In this document: piece after piece, positions 50,044 to 58,801 of the stretch
Layout of the letters: each line of letters opens with the position of its first letter
Position numbering within the stretch: the stretch's first letter is position 1
Assembly: GCF_056712565.1 (NCBI RefSeq)
Contig: NZ_CM160072.1
DNA length: 64,000 bases
Direction: 5' to 3' (one strand)
Position numbers and translations under genes: made by a program
Notes under the pieces: generated by a model
Database searches by the model: none
What the model saw: only the letters and a program-made list of their open reading frames with translations
Told to the model about the DNA's origin: nothing

Positions 50044-51141
50044 TCAGCCGCTAAAGACGTTACCTGCGCCCGGGGCGGTTTTCAGCACCCAGACACGTCC
50101 ATAGTGGTTGTACCAACCTGCGCGGTGTCCGGCTTCCGGCCCGATCCCTTGATAGATATCGAAGTGTTGGCCTTTGATTGCGCCACCGACATCCAGCGCC
50201 ACCATCAGACGCAATTCGTACTGACCGTTAAATTTGCCGTTATTATCCAGCAGCGGCACTTCTGCCAGCAAGGTAGTACCTGGCGGAATAATTGAACGAT
50301 CGGAGGCAACAGAAGCACGGCCAACCAGCGGCACCGCACTTGCCCCTTTCACCGGTGCAAAAGATTGCGGTTTAAAGAAGACGAAAGACGGGTTCTGTTC
50401 CAGCAGCTCGCGAACCTCAGCTTCACTGTGTGTTTCGCCCCAGTGACGAATCGCCTGCATCGACATATCTTCTTTTTTCACTTCGCCACGGTCGATCAAC
50501 ACCTTACCAATGCTGCGATAGGCATGACCGTTTTTCCCTGCATAGCTGAAAAAGTTAAGCGGACTGCCATCACCAAAGTCGATATACCCGCTACCCTGCA
50601 CATCCATAATGAAGTTATCCATCAGGGAGTTACTGTAAGCGAGAATATATTTATCACTCAGCGCTCCTGCGTAGATCTCCGCACGAGACGGCAGACGACC
50701 ACGTTTTGGCGGCATACGGTAAATCGGATACTGGAACTCGCCCTGACGGGTATGGCGCGCCTGAATTACCGGCGTGTAATAGCCTGTAAACTGCACGTTA
50801 CCATAGTTGTCGACACCTTCCATCTGCCAGGCATCAATGCCGAACTGGCGCATATTGCGGGTATCACCGCCTGCGCGCAGCCACTCTTGCACCGCGTTAT
50901 AAACATTACTCTGGTTGCCATACAGACGCGGTGACGAATTACGGATATGGTTAATTTGCTCGGCAAAATCACCGGCATTAATCGGCGCGCCAACGGCATC
51001 TGGCTGGTTCACCAGAGAGAAAGGCTGGGTAAATTTCCCGTCTTTATATTGCTGTCCGCGATCGGTTGGTTTGGAAGAGCAGGCGGCAAGCATTGCCACA
51101 ACCGTGCCCATAAGAAGGTACTTTACCCAACGTCCTTTCAT
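50044..51141 (-). CDS. mltA: membrane-bound lytic murein transglycosylase A
   Basis: 365 aa from MKGRWVKYLLMGTVVAMLAACSS (lipoprotein signal). The 459-aa ORF in the track reads back into the tRNA genes and is rejected. Confidence 0.92.
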   Translation of the reverse strand: MKGRWVKYLLMGTVVAMLAACSSKPTDRGQQYKDGKFTQPFSLVNQPDAVGAPINAGDFAEQINHIRNSSPRLYGNQSNVYNAVQEWLRAGGDTRNMRQFGIDAWQMEGVDNYGNVQFTGYYTPVIQARHTRQGEFQYPIYRMPPKRGRLPSRAEIYAGALSDKYILAYSNSLMDNFIMDVQGSGYIDFGDGSPLNFFSYAGKNGHAYRSIGKVLIDRGEVKKEDMSMQAIRHWGETHSEAEVRELLEQNPSFVFFKPQSFAPVKGASAVPLVGRASVASDRSIIPPGTTLLAEVPLLDNNGKFNGQYELRLMVALDVGGAIKGQHFDIYQGIGPEAGHRAGWYNHYGRVWVLKTAPGAGNVFSG

Positions 51142-51349
51142 TGTTCTCTTCTTCAGGTTAAAAAATAAGGCGCAACGAAGATAACAAACCACCGCGTTTA
51201 ATGAAATGAGCAGCCTCTCCCTGACGCAAATTTTGCACAAAAAATAGGCTTTAGTGATTTGTTTTTGTTCAAAATCATGCCGAATCCGTGATCGGGGTAA
51301 AAAAAAGGTTGCATGAAAACGCGAGCAGAGTATAGTGCGCATCCACGGA

Positions 51350-51426
<77 letters not shown>

Positions 51427-51459
51427 ATTAAAATTTGATGAAGTAAAGCAGTACGGTGA

Positions 51460-51536
<77 letters not shown>

Positions 51537-51569
51537 ATCAAAATTTGATGAAATAAAGCAGTACGGTGA

Positions 51570-51646
<77 letters not shown>

Positions 51647-51665
51647 ATTTATTAGAATGCTGACA

Positions 51666-51700
51666 AACCGCAAAGCTGCTATTGGCTTGCGGTTTTTTCG
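51666..51700 (+). terminator. terminator of the tRNA-fMet operon
   Basis: Imperfect hairpin accgcaaagc...gcttgcggt followed by a T-run. Confidence 0.6.
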
Positions 51701-52281
51701 TTTTTACGCTTCCTTACCCGTTTCAGTGAAGCCTGAGACAATGAGTAAACCGTTAATATCCCTCCATCAAAGCCATCCATCTTATTTATATATTAAACAT
51801 ATACCCCATTAATGAATTTCATTTATATATTCTATAAATCAATTTATTTTGGTTATGTTAACATTTCAATATCACAACAGGGCGCTACGCTTATATAATC
51901 ATTGTACAAAAAGCACACAACTTTTTAATTAGTAGAAAAATTAATAATTTTTTGTGAAAGCCCGGACAATAAGTTTAATGAATATCTTAATAGACTCTCA
52001 TACTACCCAATTTCTTAAAAGTGCAAATTTGTGAAGCTTATCCTGTTATTATTTTAAGTTTCATGCCAAATTCTCTCACCAGATAATGCCGCCCTCTTCC
52101 GAAAAATAATCAAGAGGCCAAACAATATCTAAAATGATACAACTGTATCTATTCCCCTGAAAAATACATTATTCATTTGTATATTTTCCTCATCATTGCT
52201 TTTTATTTAAATCATCCGATAATCCCCTGAATATAATTATGTCAATAACCATCAGAAAAAGTGGATGATGAGGAAAAGGAT
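51701..52281 (+). promoter_or_regulatory. AT-rich island junction and T6SS promoter region
   Basis: About 580 bp of strongly AT-rich non-coding DNA between the tRNA terminator and tssB; contains a Fur-box-like gataat...attat stretch at about 52218-52250. Confidence 0.4.
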
Positions 52282-52782
52282 ATGGCTGACAGTTTCCAGA
52301 ATGAAGTTCCCACCGCTCGTGTAAATATCAAGCTTGATCTGCATACAGGCAATGCTAAAAAGAAAGTTGAACTCCCCCTCAAGCTTCTTGCCGTAGGCGA
52401 TTACAGTAACGGAAAAGAGCAACGTCCGCTGTCCGAACGGGACAAGGTTGATATCAATAAAAACAACTTCAACAGCGTCATGGCTGAGTTTTCGCCTGCG
52501 GTTAATTTAACAGTAGAAGATACGCTAAACGGAAACGGTAATGAACAAAATATCGCGCTTGAATTTAAAAGCCTGAAGGATTTTGAACCCGAACAGGTAG
52601 CAAAAAATATTCCGCAACTTCGTGTATTACTCGCTATGCGCAATTTACTACGTGACCTGAAATCCAATCTGCTGGATAACGCAACGTTTCGCCGTGAACT
52701 GGAAAATATTCTGAAAGACCCGACGCTCAGTTCAGAACTGCGTGATGAACTGGCGAAAATTGCGCCGCAGGAGAACGTTTAA
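52282..52782 (+). CDS. tssB: T6SS contractile sheath small subunit TssB (VipA)
   Basis: 166 aa from MADSFQNEVPTARVNIKLDLHTG... with gaggaaaagga Shine-Dalgarno; ORF-track start at 52261 is an alternative. Confidence 0.85.
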   Translation: MADSFQNEVPTARVNIKLDLHTGNAKKKVELPLKLLAVGDYSNGKEQRPLSERDKVDINKNNFNSVMAEFSPAVNLTVEDTLNGNGNEQNIALEFKSLKDFEPEQVAKNIPQLRVLLAMRNLLRDLKSNLLDNATFRRELENILKDPTLSSELRDELAKIAPQENV

Positions 52783-52834
52783 CCCGAACACGTATTCAGG
52801 TTAAACCGGAGAAGAAAGGATCACTGAAAAGGAA

Positions 52835-54379
52835 ATGCTGATGTCTGTACAACAAGAACATTCCACCTCTGAAACTGCAACACTCACCACCACTGAGTCC
52901 GGCGGCGTTTATCAGTCCCTGTTCGATAAAATTAATTTAACCCCGGTCTCTTCCATTCAGGAAATAGATTTATGGCAAAACAGCGAAACGCTGGCTGATG
53001 CCTCACCCGATGAGCGCGTGACAGCAGCGATTCACGTTCTGCTTTCCTGTCTGGCGAAATCAGGCGAGGACGTGGTTAAGCTCGACAAGAGCCTGCTGGA
53101 TTTTCATATCGACGATCTGGATCAGAAAATCAGTAAACAGCTTGATGCGGTCATGCACCACCCTGAATTCCAGAAAGTCGAGTCGCTGTGGCGTGGTACA
53201 TGGTTCGTCGTACAGCGCACTGATTTTCGCAAAAATGTCAGAATTGAATTGCTGGATATCAGCAAAGAGCATCTGCGTCAGGATTTCGACGACTCCCCGG
53301 AAATCATTCAGAGCGGTTTATATCGTCATACATACATTCAGGAGTACGATACGCCGGGTGGCGAACCTGTTGCCTCATTAATTTCCAGCTATGAATTTGA
53401 TAACAGCCCGCAGGATATTGCCCTGCTGCGCAATATTTCCAGAGTGTCTGCCGCTTCCCATATGCCTTTTATCGGTTCCGTCGGACCGAAATTCTTCCTT
53501 AAAAATTCGATGGAAGAAGTCGCCGCGATTAAAGATATCGGCAACTACTTTGACCGCGCAGAATATATTAAATGGAAGTCGTTCCGCGATACGGATGACA
53601 GCCGCTATGTGGGATTAGTGATGCCGCGAGTGCTGGGCCGTCTGCCCTATGGGCCGGACACGGTGCCGGTACGCAGCTTTAACTATGTGGAAGAAGTCAA
53701 AGGCCCGGATCACGAAAAGTACCTGTGGACAAACGCCTCGTTCGCCTTTGCCGCCAATATGGTGAAGAGCTTTGTGAATAATGGCTGGTGTGTGCAGATC
53801 CGTGGTCCACAGGCAGGTGGCGCAGTAGCCGATCTGCCCATCCATCTTTACGATCTCGGCACCGGCAATCAGGTCAAAATTCCGTCCGAAGTGATGATCC
53901 CGGAAACCCGCGAATTTGAATTTGCCAACCTTGGCTTTATTCCGCTCTCTTATTATAAGAATCGCGATTACGCCTGCTTCTTCTCGGCAAACTCCGCCCA
54001 GAAACCGGCGTTGTATGATACCGCTGACGCCACCGCCAACAGCCGTATTAACGCCCGTCTGCCTTACATCTTCCTGCTGTCCCGCATTGCGCATTACCTG
54101 AAAATCATTCAGCGCGAGAATATCGGTACCACCAAAGACCGCCGCGTACTGGAACTGGAACTGAACACCTGGATCCGCACACTGGTGACGGAGATGACCG
54201 ATCCGGGTGATGAACTGCAGGCGTCTCACCCGCTGCGCGACGGCAAGGTTATCGTGGAAGATATTGAGGACAATCCGGGCTTCTTCCGCGTCAGACTCTT
54301 TGCCGTGCCGCATTTCCAGATTGAAGGGATGGATATCAACCTTTCTCTGGTTTCCCAGATGCCGAAAGCGAAAGCCTGA
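52835..54379 (+). CDS. tssC: T6SS contractile sheath large subunit TssC (VipB)
   Basis: About 512 aa; position and size fit TssC; start may be the second ATG at 52841. Confidence 0.85.
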   Translation: MLMSVQQEHSTSETATLTTTESGGVYQSLFDKINLTPVSSIQEIDLWQNSETLADASPDERVTAAIHVLLSCLAKSGEDVVKLDKSLLDFHIDDLDQKISKQLDAVMHHPEFQKVESLWRGTWFVVQRTDFRKNVRIELLDISKEHLRQDFDDSPEIIQSGLYRHTYIQEYDTPGGEPVASLISSYEFDNSPQDIALLRNISRVSAASHMPFIGSVGPKFFLKNSMEEVAAIKDIGNYFDRAEYIKWKSFRDTDDSRYVGLVMPRVLGRLPYGPDTVPVRSFNYVEEVKGPDHEKYLWTNASFAFAANMVKSFVNNGWCVQIRGPQAGGAVADLPIHLYDLGTGNQVKIPSEVMIPETREFEFANLGFIPLSYYKNRDYACFFSANSAQKPALYDTADATANSRINARLPYIFLLSRIAHYLKIIQRENIGTTKDRRVLELELNTWIRTLVTEMTDPGDELQASHPLRDGKVIVEDIEDNPGFFRVRLFAVPHFQIEGMDINLSLVSQMPKAKA

Positions 54380-54396
54380 CCGGGCCGTGGTGTGAT

Positions 54397-55734
54397 ATGA
54401 AAATTCATCGACCACTGTGGGCTGAGGGGACATTCCTGTCCTCTCAGCAGTTTCAGCAGCAGGCCCGCTGGGAAGCGTTCAGCAATGACTGTATTGCGCA
54501 GCTTTGTATTCGCCATCCGTGGGGGATCGCAAACGTGCTCTTTGACCGGGATGCCCTGACGCCCGGAAAGCTGAAAACGCAGGCAGTACGCCTGCGTTTT
54601 GCTGATGGCACGCTGATCGATTCAGACGTGAGTGACGTTCTGCCGCTCGCCTGCGATCTGCGCGCGCTGAAGAACGACAGCGCGATTGTTTTGCTGGCGC
54701 TGCCGCTTGCACATGGTAACGGCGGTAATCTCGGTCAGGGTGAGCAGACTGAAAGACCGCTGCGCTATCGTCAGGAATGGCAAAAGGTGCAGGATATCTA
54801 CGGCAGTGACAGTGAAGATATGGCCGTTGAGCGTCATGCGCTGTCCCTGCGCTTTGCTCATGATAACAATCAGGATTACATCACCTGCCCACTGGCGCGT
54901 CTGGTGCGGGATGTTCAGGGCAACTGGACACAGGATGAGAGCTATATTCCGCCGTTACTGGCGTTTAACGCCCATGACGGGCTGGTACAGCGTCTGGACA
55001 CATTGCTGTTGCAGCTACGGGCGAAGTGCCAGCGTCTGATGGCGATGCGCCGGGAAAGCAACCAGCGTATGGCGGACTTTGCCGTCGCCGATGTCTCCCT
55101 GTTCTGGCTGCTTAACGCGCTGAATTCCGCCGAGCCGGTGCTGAGCGATTTCCTGCGCTACCCGGCTGTCCACCCCGAACTGGTCTGGCGGGAGCTGGCG
55201 AGGCTTGCCGGTGCGCTGCTGACGTTTTCCCTTGAGCATAACGTCAGCGCCGTTCCGCCCTATGTCCACGAATCGCCGTCCACCGTCTTTCCGCCCCTGT
55301 TCTCCCTGCTCAGCGAGCTGCTGGAAGCCAGCCTGCCGTCGCGGGTGATCGCGCTGGATCTGGCGTCCCTGCCGGGCAACCGCTGGAAAGCCGACCTGCA
55401 CGATCCGCGACTGCGGGAAGAGGCCGATTTTTATCTGTCCGTTCGTTCCTCACTGCCTGCGCATCAGGTACTGCATCAGCTACCGCTGGTCTGCAAAATC
55501 GGTGCGCCCGATGATGTCACGCTGCTTATCAACGTGGCGCTGAACGGTGTTCAACTGGTGCCGCTTACCTCGGTTCCGGCGGCGCTGCCGCTGCGGCTGG
55601 AGAACCAGTATTTTGCGCTGGATATGCACAGTGACGCGGCTAAATCGATGCTGGAGTCCGGGAGCTGCATGATTTATGCGCCGGGAACCATGGGCGACCT
55701 GAAACCTGAACTGTTTGCGGTGCTGCGCACATGA
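54397..55734 (+). CDS. tssK: T6SS baseplate subunit TssK
   Basis: 445 aa, MKIHRPLWAEGTFLSSQQFQQQ... typical TssK N-terminus. Confidence 0.85.
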   Translation: MKIHRPLWAEGTFLSSQQFQQQARWEAFSNDCIAQLCIRHPWGIANVLFDRDALTPGKLKTQAVRLRFADGTLIDSDVSDVLPLACDLRALKNDSAIVLLALPLAHGNGGNLGQGEQTERPLRYRQEWQKVQDIYGSDSEDMAVERHALSLRFAHDNNQDYITCPLARLVRDVQGNWTQDESYIPPLLAFNAHDGLVQRLDTLLLQLRAKCQRLMAMRRESNQRMADFAVADVSLFWLLNALNSAEPVLSDFLRYPAVHPELVWRELARLAGALLTFSLEHNVSAVPPYVHESPSTVFPPLFSLLSELLEASLPSRVIALDLASLPGNRWKADLHDPRLREEADFYLSVRSSLPAHQVLHQLPLVCKIGAPDDVTLLINVALNGVQLVPLTSVPAALPLRLENQYFALDMHSDAAKSMLESGSCMIYAPGTMGDLKPELFAVLRT

Positions 55735-56396
55735 AAAAAGATATGGATATCAATATCGATGCGCTGCTGCGCGACACGTTTCTGACGGTGGTGGAACTGC
55801 GTCAGGGAACCACCGTGCGTCACGGTATCGAGCTGTATCGCCACTGTCAGCGGCAGGTGGAACTGGTCCGCGAACGTCTGAAAGATGCCGGATTCAGTCG
55901 GGAGAACGTGGAGCACATAACTTACGCGCAGTGCGCCCTGCTGGACGAAACGGTGCTCAGCCGTAGTGGCATGGACGACGGTCAGGCCATCTGGATGAAA
56001 AACCCACTCCAGTCGCATTTCTTCAACACCCTGCAGGCCGGTGAGCTGCTGTACGAGCGGATGAAGCAGGTGCTACAGGAACCCGCCCCCGCGCAGGCCG
56101 TGCTGACCTGCTTTCACCGTGTCCTGCTGCTGGGATTTCGCGGGCGTTATCAGGATCCGGCAGCCCCGGAGCGCGACCAGCTTATTTCGACGCTCAACGG
56201 GCAGGTCGCGCCATTTGGTGTGCTGCCGGAAACGGCGGTACTGAACGTGCCGTTATCCACCCGTCAGCACCCTTTGCTGCATTCGCCATTTTTCTGGCTG
56301 GTAACACTGGCGCTGCTACTGGCGGGCGTCTGGTGGGGGCTACACCACTGGCTGAATGTACTGGTGGATGAACTGCTGCCGCAAAGCCTGCGTTAA
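55731..56396 (+). CDS. tssL: T6SS membrane-complex protein TssL (DotU/IcmH family)
   Basis: 221 aa; cytoplasmic DotU-like domain then a single C-terminal TM (WLVTLALLLAGVWWGL); start overlaps tssK stop. Confidence 0.85.
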   Translation: MKKDMDINIDALLRDTFLTVVELRQGTTVRHGIELYRHCQRQVELVRERLKDAGFSRENVEHITYAQCALLDETVLSRSGMDDGQAIWMKNPLQSHFFNTLQAGELLYERMKQVLQEPAPAQAVLTCFHRVLLLGFRGRYQDPAAPERDQLISTLNGQVAPFGVLPETAVLNVPLSTRQHPLLHSPFFWLVTLALLLAGVWWGLHHWLNVLVDELLPQSLR

Positions 56397-56408
56397 AGGG
56401 AGTCGTGA

Positions 56409-58061
56409 GTGAGGAACACGCTGAAACAGGCCATCGTGCTGTGGGGAATGGTGTTACTGCTGGTGCTGTGGTCAGTGTTTATCAGTCCGTCTGGCGTGCT
56501 GAGATGGGCCGGTGCGGCGGCTATCGTTCTGGCGGTTGCTGCGTTGTTGATTTATCGGCGCAGGCAGGCGTGGACGGAGATGACCGGCGATGCCGGGTTG
56601 TCATCGCTGCCGCCGGAAACCTACCGACAGCCGGTAGTGCTGGTCTGTGGCGGTCTGTCGGCGCACCTGTTCACTGACAGCCCGGTCCGCCAGGTTTCAG
56701 AAGGGCTGTATCTGCATGTTCCTGATGAAGAACAGCTTGTGGCGCAGGTGGAGCGATTGCTGACCCTTCGCCCGGCGTGGGCATCGCAGCTTGCCGTGGC
56801 GTATACCATCATGCCCGGCATACACCGGGATGTGGCGGTTCTGGCCGGACGGCTGCGACGGTTCGCCCACAGTATGGCGACGGTGCGTCGTCGGGCAGGC
56901 GTAAACGTCCCCTGGCTTCTCTGGAGCGGGCTGTCCGGCTCGCCGTTGCCGGAAAGAGCGAGTTCACCGTGGTTTATCTGTACCGGCGGCGAAGTTCAGG
57001 TAGCAACATCCACAGAGAACGCGATGCCCGCGCAGTGGATTGCACAATCCGGCGTACAGGAACGCAGTCAGCGACTCTCTTATCTGCTGAAAGCCGAAAG
57101 CCTGATGCAGTGGCTGGATCTTAATGTGCTGGCGGAACTGAACGGCCCGGAGGCGAAATGTCCACCACTGGCGATGGCCGTGGGGCTGGTCCCCTCGTTG
57201 CCTGCGGTGGATAACAACCTGTGGCAGTTGTGGATCACCGCCAGAACCGGCCTGACGCCGGATATCGCGGACACCGGCACAGACGATGCGCTGCCATTCC
57301 CGGATGCCCTGTTACGGCGGTTGCCGCGTCAGTCGGGCTTTACCCCGCTGCGACGGGCCTGCGTGACCATGCTGGGCGTCACCACCGTGGCGGGTATCGC
57401 CGCGCTGTGCCTGTCAGCCACGGCAAATCGCCAGTTATTACGGCAGGTCGGTGACGATCTGCACCGGTTTTATGCCGTCCCGGTGGAGGAATTTATCACC
57501 AAAGCCCGTCACCTGTCGGTGCTGAAAGACGATGCGACCATGCTCGATGGGTATTACCGGGAAGGAGAACCACTGCGCCTCGGTCTGGGGTTATACCCCG
57601 GCGAACGCATCCGCCAGCCGGTATTACGCGCCATTCGCGACTGGCGTCCGCCTGAACAAAAAATGGAGGTGACGGCTTCGCTTCAGGTTCAGACCGTGCG
57701 TCTTGACAGTATGTCGCTGTTTGACGTCGGACAGGCCCGCCTGAAAGACGGCTCGACAAAAGTGCTGGTGGACGCACTGGTGAACATCCGGGCAAAACCG
57801 GGCTGGCTGATCCTCGTGGCCGGATATACCGATGCCACCGGCGATGAAAAAAGCAATCAGCAGTTATCGCTGCGGCGTGCCGAAGCGGTGCGCAACTGGA
57901 TGCTGCAGACCAGCGACATCCCGGCCACCTGTTTTGCCGTACAGGGACTGGGCGAGAGCCAGCCTGCGGCGACCAACGACACGCCACAGGGCCGGGCAGT
58001 CAACCGGCGTGTCGAAATCAGTCTTGTTCCGCGTTCTGACGCCTGTCAGGACGTGAAATAA
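56409..58061 (+). CDS. tagL: T6SS-associated peptidoglycan-binding membrane protein (TagL/SciZ-like)
   Basis: 550 aa; GTG start; N-terminal TM segments and a C-terminal OmpA/MotB-like domain (LILVAGYTDATGDEKSNQQLSLRRAEAVRNWM...GRAVNRRVEISLV). Confidence 0.8.
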   Translation: MRNTLKQAIVLWGMVLLLVLWSVFISPSGVLRWAGAAAIVLAVAALLIYRRRQAWTEMTGDAGLSSLPPETYRQPVVLVCGGLSAHLFTDSPVRQVSEGLYLHVPDEEQLVAQVERLLTLRPAWASQLAVAYTIMPGIHRDVAVLAGRLRRFAHSMATVRRRAGVNVPWLLWSGLSGSPLPERASSPWFICTGGEVQVATSTENAMPAQWIAQSGVQERSQRLSYLLKAESLMQWLDLNVLAELNGPEAKCPPLAMAVGLVPSLPAVDNNLWQLWITARTGLTPDIADTGTDDALPFPDALLRRLPRQSGFTPLRRACVTMLGVTTVAGIAALCLSATANRQLLRQVGDDLHRFYAVPVEEFITKARHLSVLKDDATMLDGYYREGEPLRLGLGLYPGERIRQPVLRAIRDWRPPEQKMEVTASLQVQTVRLDSMSLFDVGQARLKDGSTKVLVDALVNIRAKPGWLILVAGYTDATGDEKSNQQLSLRRAEAVRNWMLQTSDIPATCFAVQGLGESQPAATNDTPQGRAVNRRVEISLVPRSDACQDVK

Positions 58062-58118
58062 AACATACCGCCGGAAGAAGGCGGTGCTTCAATCACACTA
58101 ACAAGGAGAGTAATTCTC

Positions 58119-58610
58119 ATGGCTATTCCTGCTTATCTCTGGCTGAAAGATGACGGCGGCGCGGATATCAAAGGTTCCGTGGACGTTCAGGGGCGCGAAG
58201 GTAGCATCGAAGTGGTGGCGCTGGATCACGATGTGTACATCCCGACCGACAATAACACCGGCAAACTGACCGGTACCCGTACTCACAAGCCTTTTACGTT
58301 TACCAAAGAAATCGATGCCTCCAGCCCGTATCTCTACAAAGCTGTGACCACCGGACAGCCCCTGAAAACGGCGGAGTTTAAATTCTACCGCATCAACGAT
58401 GCCGGTCAGGAAGTGGAGTATTTCAATACCACGCTGGATAACGTCAAGCTGGTCAGAGTAGCTCCGCTGATGCACGACATCAAAGATCCGGGTAAAGAGA
58501 AGCATAACCACCTGGAACGCATTGAGTTCCGCTACGAGAAAATCACCTGGACTTACAAAGACGGCAACATCATTCATTCCGACTCGTGGAATGAGCGTCC
58601 TTCCGCCTGA
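58119..58610 (+). CDS. hcp: T6SS tube protein Hcp
   Basis: 163 aa, MAIPAYLWLKDDGGADIKGSVDVQGREGSIEV...; strong Shine-Dalgarno (aaggaga). Confidence 0.92.
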   Translation: MAIPAYLWLKDDGGADIKGSVDVQGREGSIEVVALDHDVYIPTDNNTGKLTGTRTHKPFTFTKEIDASSPYLYKAVTTGQPLKTAEFKFYRINDAGQEVEYFNTTLDNVKLVRVAPLMHDIKDPGKEKHNHLERIEFRYEKITWTYKDGNIIHSDSWNERPSA

Positions 58611-58617
58611 TAACTGC

Positions 58618-58645
58618 GGCAGACAGGAAACTGTCTGCCTTTTTG
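58618..58645 (+). terminator. rho-independent terminator downstream of hcp
   Basis: ggcagacag-gaaa-ctgtctgcc stem-loop followed by ttttt. Confidence 0.75.
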
Positions 58646-58801
58646 TTGTGTGCTTTGTCCAGTGCCGCAGGCACCGGTACTGAGCAAAGCATACCCACAA
58701 TCTGGTGAAACCTGATGGGCCTGAGTGAGGTAACGGCTATGGGCGGTAGCGTGCCTGAACGCGGATCGCAGGAATACAGAACACGATAAGGAAACCCTTC
58801 T

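Noticed and set aside
53615-54433. 272-aa minus-strand ORF overlapping tssC and the tssK start
   Set aside because: Antisense to the sheath and baseplate genes; no independent support.
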